Source: the human T2T-CHM13v2.0 reference genome, Homo sapiens
Strand: one strand, 5' to 3'
DNA length: 64,000 nucleotides
NCBI RefSeq assembly: GCF_009914755.1
Contig: NC_060925.1
Of the stretch, positions 49,943 to 63,300 are shown piece after piece. A program made the translations under genes and the position numbers. Every line of letters begins with the position of its first letter. Positions within the stretch are counted from its first letter, which is position 1. The notes below the pieces were generated by a model, which was not told the origin of the DNA, made no database searches, and worked only from the letters and a program-made list of their open reading frames with translations.

Positions 49943-51580
49943 ATGTGACAAAGACCTGCAGATATCCCTGTGGGTAACAGTAATAAGAAAAAGAAAAAGC
50001 ACTTATGTTTATAGCACAAGAAGTCAAGCTATTGGAGAAACCAGACAATGGCATGTGAAATGTCTTATAGGAGATTATGGTGTTGGAATGATCACTATAT
50101 ATGCTCTGATAAAACAGGATAAACTGTTGGAGTTCTACGCTGAAAGTGATGAACAGAAGCTAATAAAAAAATTAAAGCTACATAAACTTAAAAATGAAGA
50201 TTGTGTATTGAAAGAGTAGACCTGTCAGTATAGCAGTGAACACAAGCTCACAAAACAAGCAAAGATCTATCACAATGAACTTAAAATTAAAGGGAACTGC
50301 AAATATTCAATATTACTATTGGTTGCAGAAATTTAAGAATATAGATGGCATTAAATTTTTAATGATTTGTAGTGATAAACCATTTGCTGATCATAAAGCA
50401 GTGAAGAAACTGACAAGTTTTCTAAGGTCATCACTGATGAAAATGTGACACCAGAGCAAGTCTATAATGCTGATGACTGTAGCTGAAGAGACAGCCCCTG
50501 ATAATTAAGGATGCCAAGGATAGAATAACTGTGCTGGGCTGTGCTAGTGCAGCAGGCACACATAAGTGTAAACTAGTTGTGATGGGCAAAAATTTGCATC
50601 CTCACTCTTTTTAAGGAGTGAATTTCTTACCAGTCAATTATCATACTAACAAAAGGCATAGATCACCAGGGACATTTTCTCTGGTTTCTTAAACATTTTG
50701 CACTAGCAGCTCATGGACACTGCAGGGAAGATGGACTGGATGATTACTGCAAGTTTTTTTATTTTATTCCTTTTATTCCTTGATATTGATTCTGCTCATC
50801 ATCCAGTTGAAATTCTTATAAAAAATATGTGTATGTCATCTACTTTTCCTCAAATGTGATTTCATTAACTCAAACATCTGACCATGGTATCCTTAAATCA
50901 ATAAAGTGTAAATGCCATCTTGAGTAGCATGCTGGCAGCAATGAACAGAGGTGTGGGTGTAGAAGACTTTTAAAAGACATTTAGCATGAAGGATGCCACA
51001 TGTGCTATTGCCAATGCTTGGAACACAATGACTAAAGGCACAGTTATGCATGCCTGGCACAACCTCTGGCCTGTGACTATGTTCAGTCACAGATGATAAT
51101 ACAAAAAGTAGTAATTTGAAGGATTCTGTAGATCAAGTGAGAAAAAAAAATGATGCTTGATCTTCTTACACATGCAAATAATACACCCTCAGAATCCATC
51201 AGTAAACTGGAAGAAGTGGACTTGGAGTTTTCAATATTGATAATGAGTCTCCAGTTGTTTATTTATTGACTGATGGTGAAATCTGTCAAGGTAATTTTGA
51301 TTATAGTAATGAAGATGATGATGTTAAACTACAGAGAAAGTGCCTGTGCATGACATAGTGAAAATGTGTGATGGGCTCATTGAAGGACTAGATCAGCATG
51401 TCCTTCATAATAGAAAAAGAAATCATGTTAGTTTATAGAATCAAAGAGAGACAGAAGTCATTATTAACAAGGCAGATTACTCTGGAGGAAACATTAAGAA
51501 AAAGCCACCCAGCAGAATGCCTCCTCATAAAGAGGACCAATTTCCTGGTCCCTCAACTACTTCTGATGTTTCTTCTCATC
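49943..51580 (+). pseudogene. Tigger4 pogo-family transposase remnant
   Basis: [43 protein letters not shown] and SDHGIL resemble DDE_1 motifs; many stops and frameshifts. Confidence 0.75.
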
Positions 51581-51974
51581 TAACAAAATAAAACACAGTG
51601 TACAGTAGCCTTTTAATCAAATCACAGCACTGTAGGTAGATACTGAAAGCCTGTGTTGTTTGTTGTTGTGGTTGTTTAACAGCTGATACAGGTATTCTGG
51701 TGATGCTACTGTGCTGCTTAGTTACTCTCAACACATTATTTTTTTACTCTATTAATGACATATCTTTTTTAACTGTTAAGTACTTATGTCTGAATAAGTA
51801 TAAGAAAATGATTGCTTATCAGTAGCATATAAATTTAGAGTTAGGAATGACAGTGATGTCAAACATCCACATATCATTCACATGGGTGGCTGAGAAAATG
51901 ATACCTTTGCTTTCTGATGGTTCAGTGTACACAAACTTTGTTTCAAGCACAAAATTATTTAAAGTATTATATAA

Positions 51975-52287
51975 GGCCTGGGCGTGGTGGTTCATGCCTG
52001 TAATCCCAGCACTTTGGGAGGCCGAGGTGGGTGGATCACTTGAGGTTGGGCATTCGAGACTACCCTGGCCAACATGGGAAACCCTGTCTCTATTAAAAAT
52101 AAAAAAATTAGCCAGGCATGGTGGCAAGTGCCTGTAACCCCAGTCACATGGGAGGCTGAGGCAGGAGAATCACTTGAACCGGGAGAGGGAGGTTGCAGTG
52201 AGCCAAGATCACGGCATTGCACTTCAGCCTGGGCAACAGAGCAAGATTCCATCTCAAAATAAATAAAATAAAATAAAATAAATAAAA
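51975..52287 (+). mobile_element. AluS (old, Sz-like) inside Tigger4, with (TAAAA)n tail
   Basis: Dimeric Alu; TSD TATTATATAA on both sides. Confidence 0.9.
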
Positions 52288-52695
52288 TATTATATAAAAT
52301 TACCTTCATGTTATGTAAGACTTATAAAAAAAATGAATAAATTTTGTGTTTAAATTGGGTCTTTATCCCTGAAATATTTTATCATTTATATGCAACTATT
52401 CCAAAATTCAAAAAATTCCAAAATCAGAAACACTTCCAGTCTTAACCATTTCAGATAAGCGACAGACAATCTGTATACATTTATGAAGCTAACTTATGCT
52501 TGATGTGTGATAAGAGAAATGGGTTTGGAAAGATATCATTCTGTTCTTTCAAGAATGTTTGTAAGATCCTTAAGGCAAAGGATCCAGCCATGTTCATTTA
52601 TGACCTCACTGGACCTGCTAAAATATTAATTTTCTCAAATAAATCATGATAAATATATGCAGACTGAAGTATTGTTTTGAATGTTAGGGTAGTTA

Positions 52696-53008
<313 letters not shown>

Positions 53009-53047
53009 TATATATATATATATGTATGTATATATATATATACACAT

Positions 53048-53161
53048 ATCAAAAAAAATTGATGTGTGATATTCAGTATATCAAAAATTTGACATCAAAT
53101 TTATATCAAATTTGATATCAAATTTTTGATATACTGAATATCACACATCAATTTTTTTGAT
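53048..53161. repeat. Near-perfect AT-rich palindrome (arms ~55 bp, 5-nt spacer)
   Basis: 53048-53102 is the reverse complement of 53108-53161 except for one extra A and one C/T difference. Confidence 0.93.
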
Positions 53162-54049
53162 TCTCTGATTAGAGAATCAAAAATATATATATTTTGATTA
53201 TCTTTAATTATCTGATTAGATTCCCTAGTCAAAGAATTAAAAAAAAAAAATATATATATATATATATATATGGGCAATCTAGCATAGAAAAAAGAAAAAA
53301 AGCACTTTTATTAACTGATTCAAAATAAAACAATTTTTTAAAATTTAAAGTTATTTTGATTTAGATGAAGTAAGGATAAGACATAAGTAGAAAGATGTAT
53401 TTAACAGAACAAAGTTAATACAATTAAATACAGTAAAATAATAAAAGTGGATTCATTTTAAAATGTATCCCAATGATTAAACCCAAACATCTATACCTAT
53501 GGCTCAATCAATTGGAGGAAAATAGTCTAAAATAGACCCAAAGTACTGATACAGTAGGACAGTAGGTATAGTGGTCACATGTGGGCACTATATCTATGGT
53601 AGGATATTATAAAAGAGTTAATATTATGTGTCTTCATAACAAGAAATAGCTATTAAAAATAATCTACATATTTAAAGAACAATTTTAGCAAACGTATTTA
53701 TTAATTCAATACAGGAACAGATATTCAACAGCAAATTCAAAAGAGTTGTATTTACTTTGGAGACTCCCAAAGAATAATAGTTTGAAATGCTGCTGACTGT
53801 GTGGTAGGCAGAATACTAAATGCTTGCGTTCATATTATCTTCATAATAAAACTGTAGTTGTGACATCTCAAATCTTAATTTTATTAATAAAAAATAAACC
53901 TCGTAGAAGTTCAGAAATTCATCCAGAGTCATAAAGCTAATAACTGATAAAGTAAGGATTCAAAATGCCTTAATAATTCTTACATTTATACAATTATCAC
54001 ATACCATCTGTTGTGGGGTTGATTCTAGTTACTGTGACAGACTTTAATG

Positions 54050-54215
54050 AGGCAGTATTGTGATCGAGGCTTATGATCTCAAGTCAGCCTCTCTAGTTTC
54101 AACACTGGATCTGCTGCTACTTAGTGTGTAATCTTGGGCAAGTTGCTCAACTTTCCTAAGCGTTATAATTTTCATCTATAGAATAGAAGTATTAACAATA
54201 CTTCCCTGTGTAGTC
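54050..54215 (+). mobile_element. MIR SINE
   Basis: CTGCTACTTAGTGTGTAATCTTGGGCAAGTTGCTCAACTT...TCATCTATAGAATAG core. Confidence 0.65.
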
Positions 54216-55039
54216 ATCTGCATACTAGACTGCATTTTAAGGAAGAAAGAGGCAGCAGAGAGAAAATTGGGTTGTTTTAATCCTTAAGGATTAATTGCAA
54301 TGATAAATTTTATGAAAAATTAAAAACAAAAAGCAGAAAAAATACCATAATTACTGTTAATAATTTGAATAAAAGTTTACTTTTATTATAAATGCCATCA
54401 ACTGCTACCATGTTACAAGTTTTTATAACATTGTTAAAGAAGGTACTGTCAAGAGGAAAGTTAAGAAAGCCAAGGCGGAAATCCAGAGATACCTATAGTT
54501 AACTAAATGGAGGAGAAAGAGGGGCCAGAGAATCAATAATTGGAGGGGAATGACGAGGGTTTTAAGTAGACAGTGACATAGAAGTTAAAGGAAGCCAGGC
54601 AGGAGCCAGTGTAGTAAATACTGCAGTGGGCCTGAGCAAGACACAAAGTAAAAAGAGGCATTGGGTAAGTGGAACACACACGGGTTTGCATAAGCCTGGC
54701 CTAGTCCAACATGGGAGAATTTATAGAGCAGATCTGGAGTTCTTACTCATTTTGTGTAATGTCTATTCTGTTGTGATTTAAATCTAAATATTTTCATAAC
54801 AATGGCAGAATGCTAATAGTTAATATGTAAGAATATATGAAAGCACTGGCTCATAATTATGTTGGCAGCATGATTAACACAAAATTATTGTTTATTTGAT
54901 TTAAATAATAGGTTTTTAAAAACTGTATCAGCATTTGTCAGTGGTGATGACATTATTATTTACCACCACGTATCTCTTAAATCTCTCAGCCTCATGAGAT
55001 ATTTTTCCTCTAGATCCTTATGTTTTTTCATCCTCTTTC

Positions 55040-55410
55040 TTTAGGATCTTTGCATTTGCTATCACCTCTGTTGGGAATTTTCTTTTTCCTGTAAACTATT
55101 CATCTTTTCAATCTTTAAAGCTCAACTCAAATGTCGCTTTCTCAAAAAAAAAAACAAAAAACAAAAAACAAAAACTTAGGATATAACTCTCCAGACTTGG
55201 TCTTTTTTCCCTTACACATGTTCATACTGTTCTGTATATTCATTTGTGGTACAAATTTGTAATTAAAATGTAAAATCTATAATTTTTTACAGTCTTCATC
55301 ACAACTAGAATACAAGCTTCACAAGTATAAACATAATGGCTGTCGTATTCTTCCATATAATGTCCAGTTCCTTGCACATACTAAAATCTATAGAGAAATG
55401 AGCAAATAAA
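55040..55410 (+). mobile_element. L2 3' region
   Basis: TTTGCATTTGCT...CTCAACTCAAATGTC...ACTAGAATACAAGCTTCAC...GCACATA...AATAAA. Confidence 0.55.
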
Positions 55411-58400
55411 AATTTCCCATGGGCTGTAGATTTTTTCAACACACTTACCTCTCTAGGATATAGCATCATAGCGGCTAATACATGATGGTTTAATTTTTCC
55501 ATATATGAATGAGTCATACTTCTTAAATCTTTAACATTCCATAATTACATATAGTAACACTTGGCAGCTGATACTCTGCCAGACACTGTAAATTAAATCT
55601 ATACCCTACAGGAGTTTATAATCTAACTGAGCAAAGCATAAAACCCCATGTGGTACAAAACAAATGATCAAAATAAAAAGAAAGTAAAGAAAATAAATTA
55701 CGTTTAAGCACTTACAAGGTTAAAACCTTCTAGTTATTTTGTCTTTGAGCACTATACATTTTTCCAAAGAAGCTATCAAAATATCTCTATAGGTGAGTAT
55801 GCTAAGGTATAGGAGCATGCTGCTCTTGAATCTCTTAGCCTGGAGTCAGGTCAGGAATACCAGCTGTGATAAATTGTAAAGTAAGTATGTACAATTTGAC
55901 AAGCCAGGCAAGGATTTGCTTGTTGGAGTGTTCTAAATCTTTTGTTCTTAGTTTTGTCCCTCAAAATTTTCAAAGGTAGCCAAACAGCATGCAAAATCAG
56001 GCATAGGGAGTGTAGCAATTGCAGAGTACTGCATATTTGTTTTTCACTTTGTGGGCGCATTATTCACAACATTATTTTTCTGATCATCAATTTGCATTGC
56101 ATTGTTCCCTCTCATATTTATGAATACTGTTTTCTCCCTTTGTAGTCATGCCCAACTACTCTGTCACTTCCCGTATCCATAAGTTAATACAATACACAGT
56201 GAAGTAAACACAATTACTGAGTCCACAGAGAGACAATGAGCCAATTGAGTCAGCTCTGGGACAATGATAACCAATGGATTTTAGATGCAAGGAGGAACAC
56301 AGGAGCCAGAGTAAGCTAGAAGACCATTGCGAAAACAATTGAGTAAAGGGTCTCTCTAGGGATAGATTTGAAAGCCAAAAGTCACAACAGATGAATCCTA
56401 ACAATCTGGATTCTTCTTATAATTTCTAGGAGCTTTGAGTTCATATGTGTATAAAGGATGAGGATTCACCATAGTCTACACCCAAATTTTTTTTGTTGCT
56501 GTAAGATAAATGGGCCATGCTATTCCTATGACTTTAATTTCAGTGTAACATTTTTAAATAAAGAAGCACAGCAAGAAACTGTTTTCTCCACTAGCATCTG
56601 GCTTTTCCGCAATTCATGATGTTTGTAAGCATTTGATTAATCGAGAAAACTGGAGTTCTTACCTCATTCATACAGCTTAGCTTTATTGACAGCTATTTAT
56701 TGCCTTGTTTAATTGCCACCAACTAATTCAAAGATCCTGTGGAACTTGTGGTGTAAGCTTTTCTTTCTCACACACGTGCATTTGATTGTTTTCATTGAAA
56801 GAGGTCTTCAATAGGATTCAATATCTTAGCATGTTAGTAACAATAATTTTTACCCTGGTTCTGATGCTTATAATGGTAAAGAAGCAACGGTACCCGAAGT
56901 GACAGGCCTATGTACCAAACTGTACTATATTTATATTATAAAACGTAAGGTTATGGGAGTTCTTCCAGTGGGAAATAAAATGTGTTGTTAAACAATGTGG
57001 CTGAAAGAAATAAGGATCAGGAGCAACAGTACATAAGAGAAAGAAATGTGAAGTTATCTAAGAAATGGTAGCAAAACGATTTAGCTGCCAATGCCTGCTT
57101 GCCATTTAACTTTGTTGTTGTTGTTTTTACTTACTTTGTTTTCCAGTACCTTATGTTATCTGAGCTAGCTTTCCAAAGGAATTTTCTATGTTTGGACCTC
57201 AACTTAATATACTTGCCCTCTAGCAATATTAACATAGCTAAGTAGGCAAATGACAAGTAGGTATCCAACTCAGTGAGATCAACACTTTGGGTTTAGAAAA
57301 CAAAATACTCAAAAATTACTTTCCAGAAGCTTAAAATCTATCTGGTCAGGAAAAAAAGAAAAAAATAAAAACATACATAAGCAAACAGGTATTTAGCAAC
57401 AAACAAGAAAAGGAAGTATAAGAGCAAAACGCAGTTTATTAAAGTGGGGCAGATTACTAAGGTCTAGGTGAGTGGAGAAAATTTATGGAGAAGTTGGCTT
57501 TTGAGCTGCTTTTGGACAAAAAATAACACTGACAACATTTGCATGCATTATAAGACAGATCCCAAAGATAGTTTCTGCTTACAGTTGCCACTGGAGGTCT
57601 TGCTTTTGCTACAGTCCCCAGCAGTAGAGATTTGCTGTCCTGTGTTCTTGGATAAGAAATTTATTGGTGGATTATCACAAAAAGAAGAATCATCGAAACA
57701 AGAAAAAAACAGCACAGTGAATATCAGGATGGCGATTTTAGTGAAATTGTGGTTTATCATCACGACTAAGAAAGAAATGTGAAAATAGCCCTAGACCCTT
57801 GAAAGCCTTGGCTTCTAGACCAGTAGATTTGATATAATCTTTCAAAACACACAAATGAATTCTTAAATTTCCTGATAAATAGATCTCCATTAAAATTGCC
57901 ACCTAAATGTGAGTGCTATCTTAGGCTTTATTTTTATCTCCTTGGCTTTTAATTGCAACGCATTCTTAGATGACAAAACACACAAGCACGTAATAGTTTC
58001 ATCTACCACCTATACTCTTGCAGGCCAATAAGAACCTATGTATGTGGTCTGAATCTCACCCCTAAGCTCTCCCTTTGTATCTCCTACTTCCTGTGTGAGT
58101 TCTCCATTTGGATGAATTCCAACCTCATGAAAATCAACATATACATAAAAAAAGTTATCATTCCTCATAAACATTCTTCTCTTACTGCATCCTTTTTTTT
58201 AAATTTAGGAGCCACAGAGTCATCTAAACTGGAAATTATTTTATACCATCCAACTCTATTTTGTGCCATTATTTTTCTTTCAATTTCTTACCTTATAATT
58301 TATTTTAGTTCAATTCAAGTAATATTAACTATGAGGCCACACTGTGCCACAAAAGCAGGAAACAAGATAGGAGGAAACCATCTAAACATGTGTTTTATAA

Positions 58401-58625
58401 GAAATGACATATATGATGATGATTAGGGAACAAGAAGTAAAGGATTGTGAGGAAATATGTAGTAAGGATATTTAGTGTGAATGAGGGAGTCTCTACTATC
58501 TCTTCTCCATATTCACTCTCACTTGATGACATGCTTTTTATTTTACAGGAAGACAGAAAAAAAAATCAGGACTTCTATATTCACATCTATTCTCTACCAT
58601 CATCTTGCACAAACCTACCACCCTT

Positions 58626-59712
58626 TATCGGGCAAAATTCACCCCCGATATTTCACGTAGGTTCTTTTCTATTTTCCCAAAAGTGTTGGCCGGTCTGAGA
58701 AATAAAGGGACAGAGTACAAAAGAGAGAAATTTTAAAGCTGGGTGTCCGGGGGAGACATCACATGTCAGCAGGTTCCGTGATGCCCCCTGAGCCGTAAAA
58801 CCAGCGAGTTGTTATTAGTGATTTCAAAAGGAGAGGGAGTGTACGAATAGGGTGTGGGTCACAGAGATCACATGCTTCACAAGGTAATAAGATATCACAA
58901 GGTAAATGGAGGCAGGGCGAGATCACAGGACCACAGGACCAGGGTGAAATTAAAATTGCTAATGAAGTTTCGGGCTCGCATTTTCATTGATAACATCTTA
59001 TCAGGAAACAGGGTTTGAGAGCAGACAACCGGTCTGACCAAAATTTATTAGGCAGGAATTTCCTCACCCTAATAAGCCTGGGAGCACTACAGGAGACCAG
59101 GGCTTATTTCATCCCACTGCTGTGACCGTAAAAGACAGCTGCCCCCAAAGTGGCCATTTCAGAGCCCTACCCTCAGGGACTCATTCGCTTTCTCAGGGAT
59201 GTTCCTTGCTGAGAAAAAGAATTCAGCGATATTTCTCCCATTTGCTTTTGAAAGAAGAGAAATATGGCTCTGTTCCACCCAGCTCACCAGCAGTCAGAGT
59301 TTAAGGTTATCTCTCTTGTTCCCTGAACATTGCTGTTATCCTGTTCTTTTTTCAAGGTGCCCAGATTTCATATTGTTCAAACACACGTGCTCTACAGAAA
59401 ATCTGTGCAGTTAACGCAATCATCACAGGGTCCTGAGGCGACATACATCCTCCTCAGCTTACAAAGATGATGGAATTAAGAGATTAGTAAAGACAGGCAT
59501 AGGAAATCACAAGGGTATTGATTGGGGAAGTGATAAGTGTCCATGAAATCTTCACAATTTACATTCAGAGATTGCAGTAAAGATAGGCGTAAGAAATTAT
59601 AAAAGTATTAATTTGGGGAACGAATAAATGTCCATGAAATCTTCACAATTTATGTTCTTCTGCCATGGCTTCAGCTGGTCCCTCCATTTGGGGTCCCTGA
59701 CTTCCCGCAACA
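58626..59712 (-). mobile_element. MER11 solo LTR (HERV-K11/HML-8 family)
   Basis: Minus strand starts TGTTGCGGGAAGTCAGGGACCCCAAATGGAGGGACC; 1087 bp; perfect 6-bp TSD ACCCTT (58620-58625 and 59713-59718); internal ~90-bp tandem duplication. Confidence 0.92.
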
Positions 59713-60619
59713 ACCCTTCTCTTGCTACTTTGGATGACACACTCACACTTATATCTAAGGTTAGATCCTGTACTTGTGTATGAAATCCCATTCCTGAAAT
59801 CCACTCCCAGAACCTCTCCAGCATTTTTTTTGTTTCTTTTGTATCATTAATGCCTCCCTCTGTATATGCCATTTTCATCAAGCAATTTGCACGAGCAGCT
59901 ATTAGGTGGTGACTATAAGAGAGTATTTGCAGGCTGGTGGACACAACCTTCTATGGTGAGAGGCACTGACCATTTGCTTGCTAATCTGCCAGTGCTGTCT
60001 CAAGGGAATACCATCTCTCCTGTTGGATTTTGGGCTAGCTACTAGAGTGTTAGGAAATGGAGGTAGTGATTAGTCAACAGAAGCCTTGGTAGGCTGGCCA
60101 GTAGGCTGGCCCTCTCAATGGCCTTTAAGTGTGGTTTCCCAGAGTCACAGGGATGTGTGTGGCACAAGGATGAGATATTCAAAATACCTGGGGGATCAAT
60201 TGGTAGTGCTTAGGAGTTGGGACTTTTGGATGGTTGAAATGCTCTAGAATTGACTAACCAAAATAAATGCAGGAGGTAGAGCAGAACTCCAGCTGTGCCT
60301 GGCATTAACCATTCATTTATTAGATCATCTGCAAGCCCGGAGGTGATGGACTGTGTTAGTCAAATCACAAAAGAGTACTGGGAAGCTCAAGGCAGCAGGT
60401 AAATTCTCTCAATATTTTGGCCAATAGAACCACCTTGCCAGCAGGTAATGGGTTTTTATCAGTACTGTCTATCTGTATCTCTTATTCTATGGATTTATTT
60501 GATTGTATTTGTTTATTCTCTCCCTTCTCCCTACACTATAATGTGGCTTCCATAAGATTTTGTAAAAATGTTCCTGACACATAATTCGTAATATGGATTT
60601 GCTGAAGGAATGTATTGTT

Positions 60620-61430
60620 GAATTCTTCCTTGAGAAATGTCATTTAAGATAAGACTTGAAAATGAATAAATATTAGCCAGGGGAAATGAACAGGAGGTAA
60701 GTGACTACTCCTGAAAGTGAGAAAACTCTCCATGAAAGTTCAGAAGTGGAAAAAGCAGAATGCATTCCAGAACTTGAAGAAAATCTTTATGTCTGGAGTT
60801 TAAACAACAAGGGTTAGAAGTGATTAGTTAACAGATCATAGAGGACATTGTAAACCATAAACCATGTAAAAAAATTTGGGGTCCTGTTATATAGTCAGTG
60901 GGAAACCATAAAAAGGTCGCAACCAAGAATAGCATGATTTGAATCTCTACTTAAAACTCTCTCTCTGTGTGAAGCAGTGTGAAGAATAGACGACCATGAT
61001 GCAAGGATTAGTGAAAGAAGAGAAAGATTCCAGGATATGACTTCTTGGTCATTGGTGGTAGCAGTGAGGGTGGAAAGAATCAAATAGTTTTGACAATTAT
61101 TTTAGAAATAAAAATGAGGAAGCATATTAATGGTTAGATGTAGATGTGAAAAATAAAAATACTTGAGCAACTGCATGGAAGATGGTATCACTAGTTAAGA
61201 TAGAAGATATTGGATGTTGAACATGCATGAAGAATAAATTTGGCTAAGTTATAGACATTTGAGGCTAATATTCCTTTAGGACAGGAAAGCAGTCAAATAG
61301 ATATTTGGATATGATGCTCAAGGGAGAGAACTGGGCTGGAAGTTCATATCTGAGAGTCACCAGCATATAGAAAACAAAGTTATAAGAATGAATAAAATTG
61401 CTTAAGGATTGTATAGGGAAAAAATGGAAA
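60620..61430 (-). mobile_element. L2 fragment
   Basis: GAGCAACTGCATGGAAGATGGTATCACT...GGGAGAGAACTGGGCTGGA...GAGAGTCACCAGCATATAG antisense L2 phrases. Confidence 0.6.
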
Positions 61431-62229
61431 TGAAGATTACATCAAGCACCAGAGTAAATCCCAAATATATCAAAGATTTAAATGTTAAAAAAAAAAAAAC
61501 CCTCAAAATAAAGCCATACAAGTACAAGTAAGCTTGTTGTCTGAATCTAATCCATGCTTGAAAACATGTTGGAGAGCAAATTTTCAGGCAGAGGGAGCCT
61601 GTGTTACATTATATTAAATGGGAAAAATAATGATACAATCGGTCCATACACAACTTCAAACCAGTTTTTCCCAAATGTCAATAAGCACTGTAAAACAGCA
61701 ATAACCAAGAACTTTTGCATAACATAAAGCTTTTAAAACATCAATTACCTAATAATTTAACACCTAATCAACTCATTAGTTTGTATGTTTGTATTTATTA
61801 TGCAGTGATATTCTCTGATGTTCAATACAAATTATTCTTTGTTTCTACATTGTGATGACCATGAATGGTAATGTAAATATCCTCCATTAAATATTTTGTT
61901 ACAAACATGTAAAATTACAAATAACAAATAGCAGAATGAACAAAAAGGATAATTTTAAAATCATAGTTGTTTACCACTTGAAGAAGTTGATATTTCATGG
62001 AAAGGAAAGACATAGTATTGACAGGCACTGTTGCTGTGGTGGTAAGTAAAGGTTAGTGAGCCTTAGAACATATAAACCTTTCTGGAAGGAGGTGTGATAC
62101 TCCAGGGACAACAGTTGAGACATGACTGCAGGGCATTCTACATTCTCTAACCAGTTCTCATTAGTTACTTTAATGTTTATGCTATGGCACGTATGTAAAT
62201 TCACCACAGTGAATTTTTAATTCAGAGAG

Positions 62230-63300
62230 TTTGTGGTAAAAAATAATGACATTCTGATTTTAGTGCGTTAAAAATCAAAAACTATTGCTTGACAATTCAA
62301 TACCATAAAAAAGTAAAAATAAAAGTGAAAATATCCAACTGAGAAAAAGTATTTGCTACCTGTATCACAAAAGGTTAATATGCTTAATACAAACCCTTCT
62401 AGTAATTGATAATAGCAAGGCAAAACTCAAATCATTCAGAGAAAGAGTCTTTCAACACACGAAAAGATACTCAATATTCCTCTTGTAAAAGAAATGCAAT
62501 TTAAAACTAAATTGAGATATATTTCTCACATACCAAGTAGGCCAAAATCAAAACAATTGTCAGCAAAGCTGTGAAAATACGCTTCTACCTATTGTCATTG
62601 TTAATTTAAGAAGGAAGGTGCTGTAAAACTATAAGGAAGAGTATTTGAATATCTATCAAAATTACAAACACACATGCCCTTTGACACAACAATCCCAATT
62701 TGAGAAATATAATTAGAATAGACACATAAACCAAAAATATAAAGTGATTTTGTATATATATGCATATGCAATATCATTTACATAAATAACCTTGTGTGTA
62801 TATATGACATATATATTTATTATTATTGTATATGTGTTTATATGAGGGGATTTTTGTATATATTGCATATATATTAAAAATATTAGTGTATATATGAACA
62901 TATATTATGTACATAATATACACTTAACCATTTGTTTATGTGTATATATATATATACACATAATGTTATGTATACAAGATATATACATATACACACATGC
63001 ACACACACATATACAAACTTATTTATTGTGACTTTTTTTATACTAGCAAAACATTGGAAACAACCGACATATCCAGCAGTAGAGACTGGTTGATTTATGG
63101 TGGCATATCCATTTGATGGGCTACTACACAACTTTTAAAAATAATGTACGAATATGAAAAGAACTCCAGGATATGTTGCAAAGTTAAAAAAGCAAAGTAC
63201 GGAATAATGTGTCCCATACACTAACTTTTGAGTAAGTTGAGAAAAAATACATAAGGTGTTTTGTTTAAATTGACAACACACACACACACATACATACACG
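62230..63300 (+). mobile_element. Old L1ME ORF2 end/3' region with a TA-rich insertion at ~62740-63010
   Basis: GAAATGCAATTTAAAACT...ATGCCCTTTGACACAACAATCCCA...AAAACATTGGAAACAACC...CCAGCAGTAGAGACTGG. Confidence 0.65.

Noticed and set aside
57468-57782. Overlapping ORFs and a possible exon in unique sequence
   Set aside because: No recognisable protein similarity and no convincing paired splice sites.
59487-59652. Spaced direct repeats superficially like a CRISPR array
   Set aside because: Two-copy internal duplication of the MER11 LTR in eukaryotic DNA; no spacers or cas genes.
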